This document shows positions 1 to 8,955 of a stretch of DNA of 44,808 nucleotides, piece by piece; positions within the stretch are counted from its first letter, which is position 1, and each line of letters opens with the position of its first letter. The translations under genes and the position numbers were made by a program. The stretch lies in contig JAOPWT010000392.1 of NCBI GenBank assembly GCA_025965555.1, forward strand, positions 1 through 44,808, in the 5' to 3' direction. The notes under the pieces were generated by a model. The model saw nothing but the letters and a program-made list of their open reading frames with translations, searched no databases and was not told where the DNA came from. This DNA is from Mycobacterium sp. (lineage in GTDB: Bacteria; Actinomycetota; Actinomycetes; Mycobacteriales; Mycobacteriaceae).

Positions 1-389
1 GCCACGTGCTCGGCGCCGATCGCTCCCGCGGCCTGCGCGGCGGCGGTCTTCGCCAGCAGCGGCTGCTGAACCTGGCCCGACAACGCCGTGCGCGGACCCA
101 ACTCCCGAGCGTCGTCCAGACGGCGGGTGGCGTCCTTGCCCGAGATCCGCAACCGCCCACTCAACACGTCGCGCCACGACTTCGCCCCCAGCTCGACCGG
201 GGACGCCTCATGCTGCAACCGGGCCAGCATCCGATGCGACTGCGTCGGCAGTTGACGGGCCAACGTTTCCAGTTCTCCAAGCGCGGAGAGCAGTTCGGGA
301 GGGGTCAGATCATCGACGGGTAGGTCCGCCAACTGGTCGTAGGCGGCCCGGATCTCCGCGACCGCTTCCAAGACCGAACCCAACTCCAT
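1..389 (-). CDS. DUF222 / 13E12-repeat family (HNH endonuclease-associated) protein, 5' part; runs off the window start
   Basis: Not in the ORF track. Manual translation from ATG at 389 gives MELGSVLEAVAEIRAAYDQLADLPVDDLTPPELLSALGELETLARQLPTQSHRMLARL...LGAKSWRDVLSGRLRISGKDATRRLDDARELGPRTALSGQVQQPLLAKTAAAQAAGAIGAEHV, open to the window edge. This is the typical N-terminus of mycobacterial DUF222 proteins. Confidence 0.85.
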   Translation of the reverse strand, partial: MELGSVLEAVAEIRAAYDQLADLPVDDLTPPELLSALGELETLARQLPTQSHRMLARLQHEASPVELGAKSWRDVLSGRLRISGKDATRRLDDARELGPRTALSGQVQQPLLAKTAAAQAAGAIGAEHV

Positions 390-391
390 AC

Positions 392-407
392 TCGAACACT
401 AGTTCGA
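392..407. promoter_or_regulatory. LexA (SOS) box
   Basis: TCGAAC-ACTA-GTTCGA is a perfect match to the mycobacterial consensus TCGAAC-N4-GTTCGA, 2 bp upstream of the DUF222 ATG. Confidence 0.9.
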
Positions 408-418
408 ACCACCGACAA
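396..418 (-). promoter_or_regulatory. PafBC-dependent (RecA-NDp type) DNA-damage promoter, probably leaderless
   Basis: The minus strand reads TTGTCGGTG-(GTTCGAAC, 8 nt)-TAGTGT, matching tTGTCRgtg-N8-TAnnnT. The -10 box ends 6 nt before the ATG at 389. Confidence 0.85.
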
Positions 419-518
419 AACCCGGTCATCTGTGACTACTGAAACCAAAGAGGCACAAGGGATTAGGGCCAGGCGGCGAGCGGAGCTCGGGCAACGGTGT
501 GCAGGAGGTGCCGTACCG

Positions 519-1913
519 TCAGGTCGACGACGGCGTAAGTGCGCCATCCCATTTCGACTCCGGGCTGGGCAGCCGCAGCAGCAGGCGCGCACCGCCCATC
601 GGACTGACGTCGAGCCGCGCCGAACCCCCGTGCAATTCGGCCTGCTGCGCAACCAGCGCCAGGCCAAGTCCGGAGCCCGACCGCGATGCCGTCGTACCGC
701 GGGCGAACCGCTCGAAGACCGCGGCCCGCTCCTCCTCGGGAACGCCTGCGCCGTTGTCGTCGACCGCGATCTCAACGCCGGCAATCGAACTCACGACGCT
801 CAGCCGAATTTCTGAGGCGTCACCATGTTTGACGGCGTTCGCGATGGCGTTGTCGATCACCAGCCGCAGGCCGGCAGGGAGCCCCACGATCAGCTTCGAC
901 GGCGAGGGCGACAGCGTGACCCGCAGGCGGGGATAAACGCGCTGAGCGTCGTGCGCGGCGCGGTCGAGCAACTCGGTGACGTCGAATTCGACGAAGTCGT
1001 CGGCAGTGGTGAGTTCCCCTTGGGCAAGGCGCTCCAACGCCGTCAGCGTCGCCTCGATCCTGCCCTGGGTCCGTACGACGTCGCCGATCACTTCGTCGCG
1101 CTGCTCGGGGGCCAGGTCCAGCGTGGACAGCACCTCGAGGTTGGTGCGCATGGCGGTCAGCGGAGTACGCAGTTCGTGGGACGCGACGGCGGCGAAGTCG
1201 CGAGCGGATTCCAGTGCGGCTCTGGTGCGCTGCTGCTCCGTGCCGATGCGGGCGAGCATCCCCTCGACCGCCTCGGCGATCTCGACTGCCTCGCGCACGC
1301 CTCGAACCTGGACCTCGTCGGGCATGGACTGCGCGTTGATCGCCCTGGCCTGCTGGGCCAACAGGCGGAAGGGGACGATCATCAGCAGTGAGATCAGCCA
1401 CCCGACCAGCACGGTGCCCGCGATGACGCCGCTGCAGATCAGCAACACGCGTAGGTGCAGTTCGTCGATCCGGTGCTGCGTCTCGGCCAGCGGCGCGCCA
1501 AGCGCGATCGAGCCGGGGCCCGCGGCGAAGGTGCGCACGCGGTACGGCACGCCGTCGATCTCGGTGGTGGCGTAGCCGTTGGCGAGTTTGGGCAGGACGA
1601 CGTCGTTCGGCACCGAGACGGTGAGCCCACCGATGCGTGCGGTACGAACCACGTTGCCGTCGGGCAACGGCTGGTGAGTGTCGGTGCCAGGTGTGCTGCT
1701 CAGCAGGTTGCTCACGTCGCCGAGGCTGCTCACCGAATCGAGTCGACGGTCGAGCTGGCTGTACTGATCATCCGTGACGCCGACCCACACCCACGTGCCG
1801 AGCACGATGACCAGAATGATCACCGCCAACGCGGCGACCACGACGATGGCCCGCAGGGAAAGAACCCGGATCAGGGGCCGTAGTAACCGGTAGACCCGGT
1901 CGTTGAGTTCCAC
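519..1913 (-). CDS. prrB: PrrB-like two-component sensor histidine kinase (paralog, no adjacent response regulator)
   Basis: Two TM segments and HAMP; H-box ARDFAAVASHELRTPLTAMRTNLEVLSTL; N-box DNAIANAVKHG; G-boxes DDNGAGV and GSGLGLALV. The C-terminal half closely resembles mycobacterial PrrB as recalled. Confidence 0.85.
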   Translation of the reverse strand: MELNDRVYRLLRPLIRVLSLRAIVVVAALAVIILVIVLGTWVWVGVTDDQYSQLDRRLDSVSSLGDVSNLLSSTPGTDTHQPLPDGNVVRTARIGGLTVSVPNDVVLPKLANGYATTEIDGVPYRVRTFAAGPGSIALGAPLAETQHRIDELHLRVLLICSGVIAGTVLVGWLISLLMIVPFRLLAQQARAINAQSMPDEVQVRGVREAVEIAEAVEGMLARIGTEQQRTRAALESARDFAAVASHELRTPLTAMRTNLEVLSTLDLAPEQRDEVIGDVVRTQGRIEATLTALERLAQGELTTADDFVEFDVTELLDRAAHDAQRVYPRLRVTLSPSPSKLIVGLPAGLRLVIDNAIANAVKHGDASEIRLSVVSSIAGVEIAVDDNGAGVPEEERAAVFERFARGTTASRSGSGLGLALVAQQAELHGGSARLDVSPMGGARLLLRLPSPESKWDGALTPSST

Positions 1914-2003
1914 TATCGAAGCCGCAGAAAGTATCCCGCGCGGTCCACGGTCGGCACGAACTCGATCAACACCCGCACCACGTTACTGACCCCCGCCGCG
2001 GGC

Positions 2004-3578
2004 TCAACCGATCACGGCTCCTTCCTGGAGCGCGACGTCCGCTTCCCGCAGCAGAACGGACTGGATCTCCTCGTAAATGCGCTGCGCGTCCTCGGGGTTG
2101 TCGCCGACGGCGGTCAGACCGACGCGGCCGCATTCGGTGAGGCAGTTGATCATGTGGAACACCACGCCGGTCCGACGGGCCTGGTCGAAGTGCAGGCCTT
2201 CGTTGACGACGATGTCGAAGAGGTCCGCGACGGTCAGCGCCTTGAGCCGGTCGTCCTCGAAGTGGTCGGTCGCGACCAGATACTTGCTGCTGCCGCTGGG
2301 CGTGAGGAAGACCCCGCGCTCACCGTCGTAGGTCCCGTCGGTGAGGAACTGCAGGGTGAGGAACGGATGCGTGGTCCCGCCCTTGCGAAGATTCAGCTCG
2401 ATCGCATAGGGCGTCCACTCGCCTGCCTCGTCCTGCACGGTGACGAAGTCCACTGCGAACCGCCCCAGCACGCCGAGTTTGGCGAGATGGCGCCCGATCA
2501 CCATCGCAGGCTCGGCGATGAGCGCGGCGTAGCCCTGATCCGCCGGGAATACGCACCCGAGGTACTGTTGCCCGCTCTTACCGCCGAGAAGCTGGTCGTG
2601 GGTGGACAGCAACTCGACGGTACCGTCCGGCAGCGCCCGCATCTGGACGCTCGGACTGGTCAGCGTGACACCCGTGATGCGCTCCTCGACGATGCCGCCG
2701 TGCTCCTGGAAAGCGGCCAGATAGACCTCCAGGGTGAGCTTCTGGGACTCCAGCTCCATGTTGAGTAGGCGCTCCGTGATCGCGGCCGCCTCCTCCGGCG
2801 AGCCGGACGGCGGCAGCCCGTGCAGATCCACCAGCGCGTTGCCGGATCCCGAGACACCGTCATTGAGTTTCACGATCGCCTGATCGAGCGAGGGCCGTTT
2901 CACCCGCATCTTCTTCACACTGGCCACGATGTCGTCGAGTGTGTGGAGGTCTTCCGCCCCGACCGGGCATTGCACGCCCAGCTCGTCGAACATCCTGCGG
3001 CAGCCGGTCTTGGTGCCGAGTTCTTCGAGCCGAGGATCGGCGCCGTACATCGGGATGCCGAGGCTGAGCGCCACGTCCCGTTCCTGCGATGTCGTGTTGT
3101 ACGGGATCAGATGGCTCTTGGCGGAATTGGGAATCAGGGACCGGATCTTGCGCAGCAGCCGAGGCCTCGCCAGCAGCTTCGAGCTGAGCGACTCCGTCGA
3201 CGCATCGCCGACGGGGACCAGCGTGAGGCGCGCCCTGGCATGGCTCGGGATGACACCGGGCAGCAGGCCGAGGTAGTACTCGATGGTGGCCTCCGACACC
3301 GGCTGCGATGTCACGTAGATCATCCGCAACCGTGGCTGTCGCAACAGCAGCAGCAGGAACAGCGCGCGCTCCTCCATCGCCTGCATCACGGTGCCGCTCT
3401 TGGCGATCGGGCCGTCGGTGCTGATCGATGGCACCACCACCACCGACTCGTCGTCGAAGCCCCGCTGCATCGACGCCCACACGGCGGGCATCGACAGCTG
3501 AAGGTTGTCGAAGACGCGGTAGCGCTCCTGTTCGTCGAGCTGCGACAGCTGCCTGCGAGGATCCTCTGGTCGTGTCAT
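2004..3578 (-). CDS. ATP-grasp protein, peptide ligase PGM1-related family
   Basis: Start re-called at ATG 3578 (ATGA overlap with the upstream stop). ATP-grasp motifs: IVKLNDGVSGSGNA, GIVEERITG, SPSVQ, GRFAVDFV, AIELNLRKGGTTHP. Confidence 0.75.
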   Translation of the reverse strand: MTRPEDPRRQLSQLDEQERYRVFDNLQLSMPAVWASMQRGFDDESVVVVPSISTDGPIAKSGTVMQAMEERALFLLLLLRQPRLRMIYVTSQPVSEATIEYYLGLLPGVIPSHARARLTLVPVGDASTESLSSKLLARPRLLRKIRSLIPNSAKSHLIPYNTTSQERDVALSLGIPMYGADPRLEELGTKTGCRRMFDELGVQCPVGAEDLHTLDDIVASVKKMRVKRPSLDQAIVKLNDGVSGSGNALVDLHGLPPSGSPEEAAAITERLLNMELESQKLTLEVYLAAFQEHGGIVEERITGVTLTSPSVQMRALPDGTVELLSTHDQLLGGKSGQQYLGCVFPADQGYAALIAEPAMVIGRHLAKLGVLGRFAVDFVTVQDEAGEWTPYAIELNLRKGGTTHPFLTLQFLTDGTYDGERGVFLTPSGSSKYLVATDHFEDDRLKALTVADLFDIVVNEGLHFDQARRTGVVFHMINCLTECGRVGLTAVGDNPEDAQRIYEEIQSVLLREADVALQEGAVIG

Positions 3579-4699
3579 GTCTCCACCTGACTTCTCTTGA
3601 GTGCAGTGATGTTGTGGACCCGCACCGAGCGGCTGAATCCCTTGGGTGTGAGGTCGCCGACCGGTTCGGATGTCACGAGGTGCTCGGTGGCGGCCAACAC
3701 GCGGTCGGTGACGAGCACCTGCCACGGACCGGCGTCGCCGCACAGCCGGGCCGACAAGTTGGTGACGCTGCCGATCGCGGAGTAGTCGAAGCGGCTCTCG
3801 AAGCCGATTCTGCCCAGCGTCGCGAACCCCTGCGCGATGCCGATGCCGAGGGCGAGGTCATGACCCTTTCGGAGCCATTGCGCAGCAAGGTCTTTCACCG
3901 CGTCACGGATGCCGATCGACATCCGGACGGCCCGCTCGGCGGCATCGTCCTGCGGGACCGGATCGTTGAAGAAGGCCATGATCCCGTCGCCGGTGAACCG
4001 CTCCAGGGTGGCTTCGTACTCGTGTACCAGCGACCCGATGGCGCGGTGGTACTCGGCGAGCACGCCCATCACCTCTTCGGGCTCGCTGGCTTCGGCGAAG
4101 GGCGTGAAGTTCCGCAGATCGCAGAAGACGACGACGATCTCACGGCGGTGGCTCTGCAGCAGGTTCTCGTCGCCGACGACGAGTTCGGCCAGTTGTGGTG
4201 ACAGGAAGCGGCGCAGGCGGCTGGCCCGCTCCAGTTCCTCCAACTGTTGCGCGACCCGATTCTCGAGCTCGGTGTTCCACTGAGCCAGCTCGTCGGCTTG
4301 ACGCAGGACGGTGTCGTGGTAGCGCTTGATCCGCGCCAGCGACGCCACCCTGGCCAGCAACTCCGCCTGATCGAAGGGCTTCATGACGAAGTCGTCGGCA
4401 CCCGACTGGAGGGCGACGAGTCGCTGTTCACTTCCGCTGGCCGTGATCATCACGACCGGGAGGAATTCCGTTGCAGGCGTTGACCGTATCCTTCGGCAGA
4501 CCTCGTAGCCGTCCATGCCCGGCATGAGGATGTCGAGTAGGACCAGATCGACGTCCTCGGTCTCGAGCAGCGCGAGCGCCTCGGTCCCCGACGACGCGGG
4601 AATCACCCGATGCCCGCGAGGGGTGAGTACCGCATCGAGGAGCCGCAAGTTGATCGACTGATCGTCAACCGCCAGCACGGTCACCGGGGTGTTCGTCAC
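3575..4699 (-). CDS. Response-regulator receiver fused to class III adenylate/guanylate cyclase
   Basis: Start re-called at GTG 4699 (GTGA overlap). REC motifs: VLAVDD, LVLLDILMPGMDG, VMITA, FVMKPF. Cyclase motifs: VVFCDLRNFT, ERFTGDG, GIGIAQG, DYSAIGSVTNLSARL. Confidence 0.9.
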   Translation of the reverse strand: MTNTPVTVLAVDDQSINLRLLDAVLTPRGHRVIPASSGTEALALLETEDVDLVLLDILMPGMDGYEVCRRIRSTPATEFLPVVMITASGSEQRLVALQSGADDFVMKPFDQAELLARVASLARIKRYHDTVLRQADELAQWNTELENRVAQQLEELERASRLRRFLSPQLAELVVGDENLLQSHRREIVVVFCDLRNFTPFAEASEPEEVMGVLAEYHRAIGSLVHEYEATLERFTGDGIMAFFNDPVPQDDAAERAVRMSIGIRDAVKDLAAQWLRKGHDLALGIGIAQGFATLGRIGFESRFDYSAIGSVTNLSARLCGDAGPWQVLVTDRVLAATEHLVTSEPVGDLTPKGFSRSVRVHNITALKRSQVET

Positions 4700-6963
4700 G
4701 ACGCCTGCGCCTCGGCCAGCGCACCGACGCGTTGCAAGGCATCGACGAGTTGGTCGCGCCGGATCGGCTTGAGGAGATAGGCGGCCGCGCCGAGCGCGAG
4801 ACCCCGCGGCCGGTCGTCGACGGTCGAGGCGACGATCACCGGAATTGCCGCCGTGGCAGGGTCGGCCTTGAGTCGGGTGATCACCTGCCAGCCGTCCAGC
4901 CGCGGCAGTCTCACCTCGAGTACGACCGCGGCAGGCCGCACCGTGCGAATGAGCTCGAGTGCCTTCTCGCCGTCCCACGCCCGCATCACTTCGGTCGGAA
5001 AGCCATCCAGGTATGCCTCGACGAGATCCTGCGACGCCACGTCTTCGTCGAGGAGCACGATGACCGGAAGTCCGCCGAGTTTCGGTGCGGCGTCCTCGCG
5101 CCGCGGCTCCCGCAGCCCTGGCAGCGAAAACCCGAACGTGCTTCCGACGCCCACGGTGCTGTCGAGCCACATCCGTCCGCCGAACAGTTCGACGAATCGC
5201 CGTGACAACGTCAGGCCCAGACCGGTGCCCTCCTCCTTGGGAGCTCCACGGCTGCCCTGCTGAAAGGCATCGAAGATCCGCTCCTGGTCCTCGGGAGCCA
5301 CCCCTGGGCCGGTGTCGGTCACGGTGACCGCCAGTTCGGTTCCGTCCCGGCGGGCGTGGACGCACACGCTGCCGCCGTCGGGGGTGAACTTCACGGCGTT
5401 GGACAGCAGGTTGAGGAACACCTGCTTGAAACGCCGCTCGTCGGCGTCGATCAGGTCGACGTCGTCGGCGACGTCGAGCGTCACGGTGATCGCGTGCTGA
5501 ATCGCGCGCTCGCGTTGCATCGCCCAGGTGGCCTCCATGGCGCTGCTCACCAGGAAGGTGCTCGGCTCCAGCTCCACGTGGCCGCCGATGACCTTCTCCA
5601 GGTCCAAGATGTCGTTGACCAACGCGACGAGGTGTTTGCCCGAGTTCCAGATGTCGCGCAGATACCCTTCTTGACGCTCGTTGATCTCGCCGAACGAGCG
5701 ATTCAGCAGCACCTCGGAGAACCCGTTCACCGCATTCAACGGCGTCCGCAGTTCATGCGACATGCTCGCCAGGAACTCCGACTTGTGGCGGCTGGCGACT
5801 TCTAGCTCGGTGGTCTTGGTCTCCAGCTCACGGAACAGTCGTGCGTTGACGATGGCCAGCGCCGACTGGCTGGCGAAGGTCTCCAGCAGCGTGATCACGT
5901 CAGCGGGATAGGCACCGGTGCCGCGGCGGCGGATCACCAGCACCCCGACGACCTTCTGACCGCGGAGCATGGGGACGGCCAACACCGAACGCCAGCCGTC
6001 GCGGAACAGGACCTCCAAGTAGGGGTCGCGTTCTACCCGGGACAGATCGGGAACCTCGACCGGCCGGTGCTCGAGCGCGGTGCGACCGACCAGTGTCGAG
6101 TCCCGATGGATGCTGACCGCCCGCAGCTTGTCGAGAAGGCCCGGACTGCTGCCGACCGCATGGACGTGGAAGGCGGCGGTGGATTCGTCGTACTCCAGGA
6201 TCGAGCCGCCGTCGGTGCGCAGGGTGATGTCGCCGAAGCCGCGGTTGGTGAGCCGCACGGCGTTGCTGACGACCTGGTCCAACACCACGTCGAGGTCAAG
6301 GCTCGAGCCGACCGCCTCGCCCACCTCCCGCAGGGCCTCCAACTGCCCGACCTTGCTCGACAACAGCGTTTCCCTGGACTTGAGGGTCTGCATCAGGTTG
6401 GTCTGGCGCAGGGCGAGGGCGCCCTGAGCGGCGAACTCCTCGAGGCGTTCGGTCTCTTGGTCATTGAAGGGCGCGACGTCGGTCCGCCACATGGACAGCA
6501 CGCCGACGACCTCGTCCTCCAACAGCATCGGCGTGGAGAGCAGGGTGCGAAAGCCGGTGAGCTTCTGCAGGTCGGTGCGTCCGTATCCGTCGTCTTTGAG
6601 TACGTCGGCGATCTGATTGGTGCGCTTGTCCTCGGCCGCCCGCCCGACCATCGACAAGCGGTTCCTGGCGAGCGGATTCTCGACCAGGTATTCGCGGTAC
6701 TCCTCCGGGGTCTCGCCCGAGACCCGCGAGACGCGGAACACGTCGCCATCGGCGAGGAAGAGCTGAGCGGCCCGCGCTCCGCACAGTCGCGCGGCGTACT
6801 CCACGATCGCGTCGAGCACCGCGCCGGTATTGGCCGCGTCCCTGCCGAGAGCGGCGAGGATTTCGCGGCTGGCCGCCGACTGATTCCGCGCGGCCTTCAG
6901 CTCCTGGTGCAGTCGAAACGACTGTCTCGACGTACGCGATGTTCGGTCGTTCGGCTCGGTCAC
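4696..6963 (-). CDS. Soluble hybrid histidine kinase: GAF-GAF-HisKA-HATPase-REC
   Basis: Start re-called at GTG 6963 after a G-rich RBS. Two GAF repeats (LLSTPMLLEDEVVGVL; VLAVPMLRGQKVVGVL); H-box SEFLASMSHELRTPLN; N-box NLLSNAVKFT; DTGPGV; EGTGLGL; C-terminal receiver ending AYLLKP. No TM segment seen. Confidence 0.9.
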   Translation of the reverse strand: MTEPNDRTSRTSRQSFRLHQELKAARNQSAASREILAALGRDAANTGAVLDAIVEYAARLCGARAAQLFLADGDVFRVSRVSGETPEEYREYLVENPLARNRLSMVGRAAEDKRTNQIADVLKDDGYGRTDLQKLTGFRTLLSTPMLLEDEVVGVLSMWRTDVAPFNDQETERLEEFAAQGALALRQTNLMQTLKSRETLLSSKVGQLEALREVGEAVGSSLDLDVVLDQVVSNAVRLTNRGFGDITLRTDGGSILEYDESTAAFHVHAVGSSPGLLDKLRAVSIHRDSTLVGRTALEHRPVEVPDLSRVERDPYLEVLFRDGWRSVLAVPMLRGQKVVGVLVIRRRGTGAYPADVITLLETFASQSALAIVNARLFRELETKTTELEVASRHKSEFLASMSHELRTPLNAVNGFSEVLLNRSFGEINERQEGYLRDIWNSGKHLVALVNDILDLEKVIGGHVELEPSTFLVSSAMEATWAMQRERAIQHAITVTLDVADDVDLIDADERRFKQVFLNLLSNAVKFTPDGGSVCVHARRDGTELAVTVTDTGPGVAPEDQERIFDAFQQGSRGAPKEEGTGLGLTLSRRFVELFGGRMWLDSTVGVGSTFGFSLPGLREPRREDAAPKLGGLPVIVLLDEDVASQDLVEAYLDGFPTEVMRAWDGEKALELIRTVRPAAVVLEVRLPRLDGWQVITRLKADPATAAIPVIVASTVDDRPRGLALGAAAYLLKPIRRDQLVDALQRVGALAEAQAS

Positions 6964-7045
6964 AGTCCCCCCAATTCCCGGACCTGCCCTCAGTCTGTGC
7001 CCAACACCCTGGTCAGGGCAATGGCCAGACTGTCGGAGACGTAAA

Positions 7046-7660
7046 TTACGGCTCGCAGGTGATCGTGATCGTCGTCCACGCGCCGATATGGATGCGATCG
7101 CCATCGACGAGCGGCGTCTCCTCGCCGTTGGCCAGAAGGTCTTCGCTGCCGTTGAGGCTGGTTCCGTTGGTGGATCCGAGGTCGGTGATGGTCGGCCCGG
7201 AGTCGCGGATCCGCAGCACCGCGTGTTGGGTCGACACACCGCGGTCGGCGGGTTGAAGACCGAGGTCTATCTCTGGTGTCACGCCCTGGTCGCGGTTGTG
7301 CCTTCCGATCAACGCGGTGTCACGTGCCAGTGTGATTCGCCGTTCGGGGAAGAACTGCGGAAAGTCGACGGTGTCGGGGCCGCCGCGGGCGATGACGCGC
7401 TCGTAGAACTCCCGGTCGGCGGTCACGACGGCCGTCCACACGACCGGGGCCGCTTGGGGGGTTGCGGGCGCGGGCAGCGCGGAATCGTGGCCGCACGTTT
7501 CACAGAAGCGGCCGCTGACCGACGCCCCACATGCGGGGCATGCCTTCGCCGCTGCCGCGGGTGGCGACGCGACCGCCGCCGCGGGAGACCCCATCGGGGC
7601 ACCGCACACGTCGCAATAGTCCTCGGCGGTCGAGGTGTGTCCTTCTGCACAGATCGCCAT
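7046..7660 (-). CDS. FHA domain protein with N-terminal zinc ribbons
   Basis: Zinc ribbons CAEGH...DYCDVCG and CPACG...RFCETCG; FHA motifs LIGR, GVSTQHA, TDLGSTNGT. Its ATG shares a base with the vWA stop codon. Confidence 0.88.
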   Translation of the reverse strand: MAICAEGHTSTAEDYCDVCGAPMGSPAAAVASPPAAAAKACPACGASVSGRFCETCGHDSALPAPATPQAAPVVWTAVVTADREFYERVIARGGPDTVDFPQFFPERRITLARDTALIGRHNRDQGVTPEIDLGLQPADRGVSTQHAVLRIRDSGPTITDLGSTNGTSLNGSEDLLANGEETPLVDGDRIHIGAWTTITITCEP

Positions 7661-8955
7661 CAGGCCGGCTTCTCCTTCCGTACTCGGGCGGTCTTCGTCG
7701 AGCGGGCGTCGAGGGCCATCTCGTCGGCCGCCGCCACCTCGCGTTTGAGGCGAGCCGTTCCGGTCCGCTCATCGACTTCGATGACCTTGCCGAGCTCCGA
7801 GACCTTGTCGTCGTTGCCCGATTCCACCGCAAGTTCCATGGCGCGCTGCAGTTTCGCGGTCGCGGTCACCACGTCCCCGTCCCGGCGCGCAGCCAGGCCG
7901 TCCTGAACGGCTTGCGCCAGCTCCGCCTGACCGGTGTAGTGCGCCACCCGGCGACTGATCCGCGCCGACAGCGCGGTGTCGGCGGTCCACACGGCGTTGA
8001 CGAGACCCTGGCCCAGAATTTCCTCGCCGGCCACCACGCTGACGCGGGCCGCCAACTTCTCCTTGCCTGCCGCGGCAGGTTCGACCGCGACCTGGATGTG
8101 GTAATCACGATCCTCGGCCCCCCAGGAGCCCAACGGGTACTCCCCTATCTGCGTGCCGGTATCGACGCGTCGGTGGGTCAGATCCTCCACGGTCGGCGCG
8201 ACCTGCTTGACGAACTCGACGACGGCTCCCGCTGGAGTCCAGAGCCGCAGCGTCAGATCCGGGATCGACTTGCTCATCGACGTCCGCATCATCGCCGCGA
8301 AATCCGCAGCGAGGTCTTCGTGATCCGCCACGATGTCCACGGTGCCCATCAACGCCGACGAGATCGAGCGCAGTTCGTCGACGCGCCACGCGGTGCCCAC
8401 ACCGCGGCAGTCGCAGGTGAATTGTCCTACGCAGAGCGCGATTTCCCGATGCAGCTGTTCGGGGGTTTCGTGCTCGTCCTTGCCGTCGGTGAGCAGGATC
8501 GCATGGGTGAGGGCACCAGGGAAGCGCCCGACGATGTCGCGCACGTAGGCAAGCCAGGTGCCCATCGCGGTGCCGCCGTTGGGCCGCAGACCGTCGACCA
8601 CCCGCGCCGCCTCGGCCTTGGTCGCTGCGCTGGCCCGCGTCGGCACCGAGTCGACGGGATAGACGGCGGCGGCCTGCGCGGTCCCGGCGACGACGATGAA
8701 GTAGGTGCCGTCGCTGAGCTCGTCGATGGCGGCCGCCGTCGCCCGTTTGGCGGCGTCGAACTTGCCTGCGGGCTTGAGCATCGACGTCGAACAGTCGATG
8801 ATGATCGCCTCGACGCGTTCCGTTGGCGCGGCCGCCACCGCGACGTCGTTCCCGACGGTGATGCTGACGATCGCATCCACCGTCCCGGATCCTTCGGACA
8901 GATACTGATTGTGGTCAACCTCAACCGAAATACCCTGCTGCTGAGCTGAACTCAT
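7660..8955 (-). CDS. von Willebrand factor A (vWA) domain protein
   Basis: Start re-called at ATG 8955 (ATGA overlap). MIDAS motif IIIDCSTSM, plus GGTAMG and ILLTDGKD. Confidence 0.88.
   Translation of the reverse strand: MSSAQQQGISVEVDHNQYLSEGSGTVDAIVSITVGNDVAVAAAPTERVEAIIIDCSTSMLKPAGKFDAAKRATAAAIDELSDGTYFIVVAGTAQAAAVYPVDSVPTRASAATKAEAARVVDGLRPNGGTAMGTWLAYVRDIVGRFPGALTHAILLTDGKDEHETPEQLHREIALCVGQFTCDCRGVGTAWRVDELRSISSALMGTVDIVADHEDLAADFAAMMRTSMSKSIPDLTLRLWTPAGAVVEFVKQVAPTVEDLTHRRVDTGTQIGEYPLGSWGAEDRDYHIQVAVEPAAAGKEKLAARVSVVAGEEILGQGLVNAVWTADTALSARISRRVAHYTGQAELAQAVQDGLAARRDGDVVTATAKLQRAMELAVESGNDDKVSELGKVIEVDERTGTARLKREVAAADEMALDARSTKTARVRKEKPA

Noticed and set aside
425-470. AT-richer tract upstream of the DUF222 promoter as a possible element end
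   Set aside because: It may be a conserved 13E12 flank, but the other end is outside the window, so no terminal repeat or target duplication can be shown.
6-815. ORF-track ORFs 6-323 (+), 305-784 (-) and 432-815 (+)
   Set aside because: Shadow frames. The real coding here is the minus-strand DUF222 gene from 389, missed because it runs off the window, and the 3' end of the PrrB-like gene.
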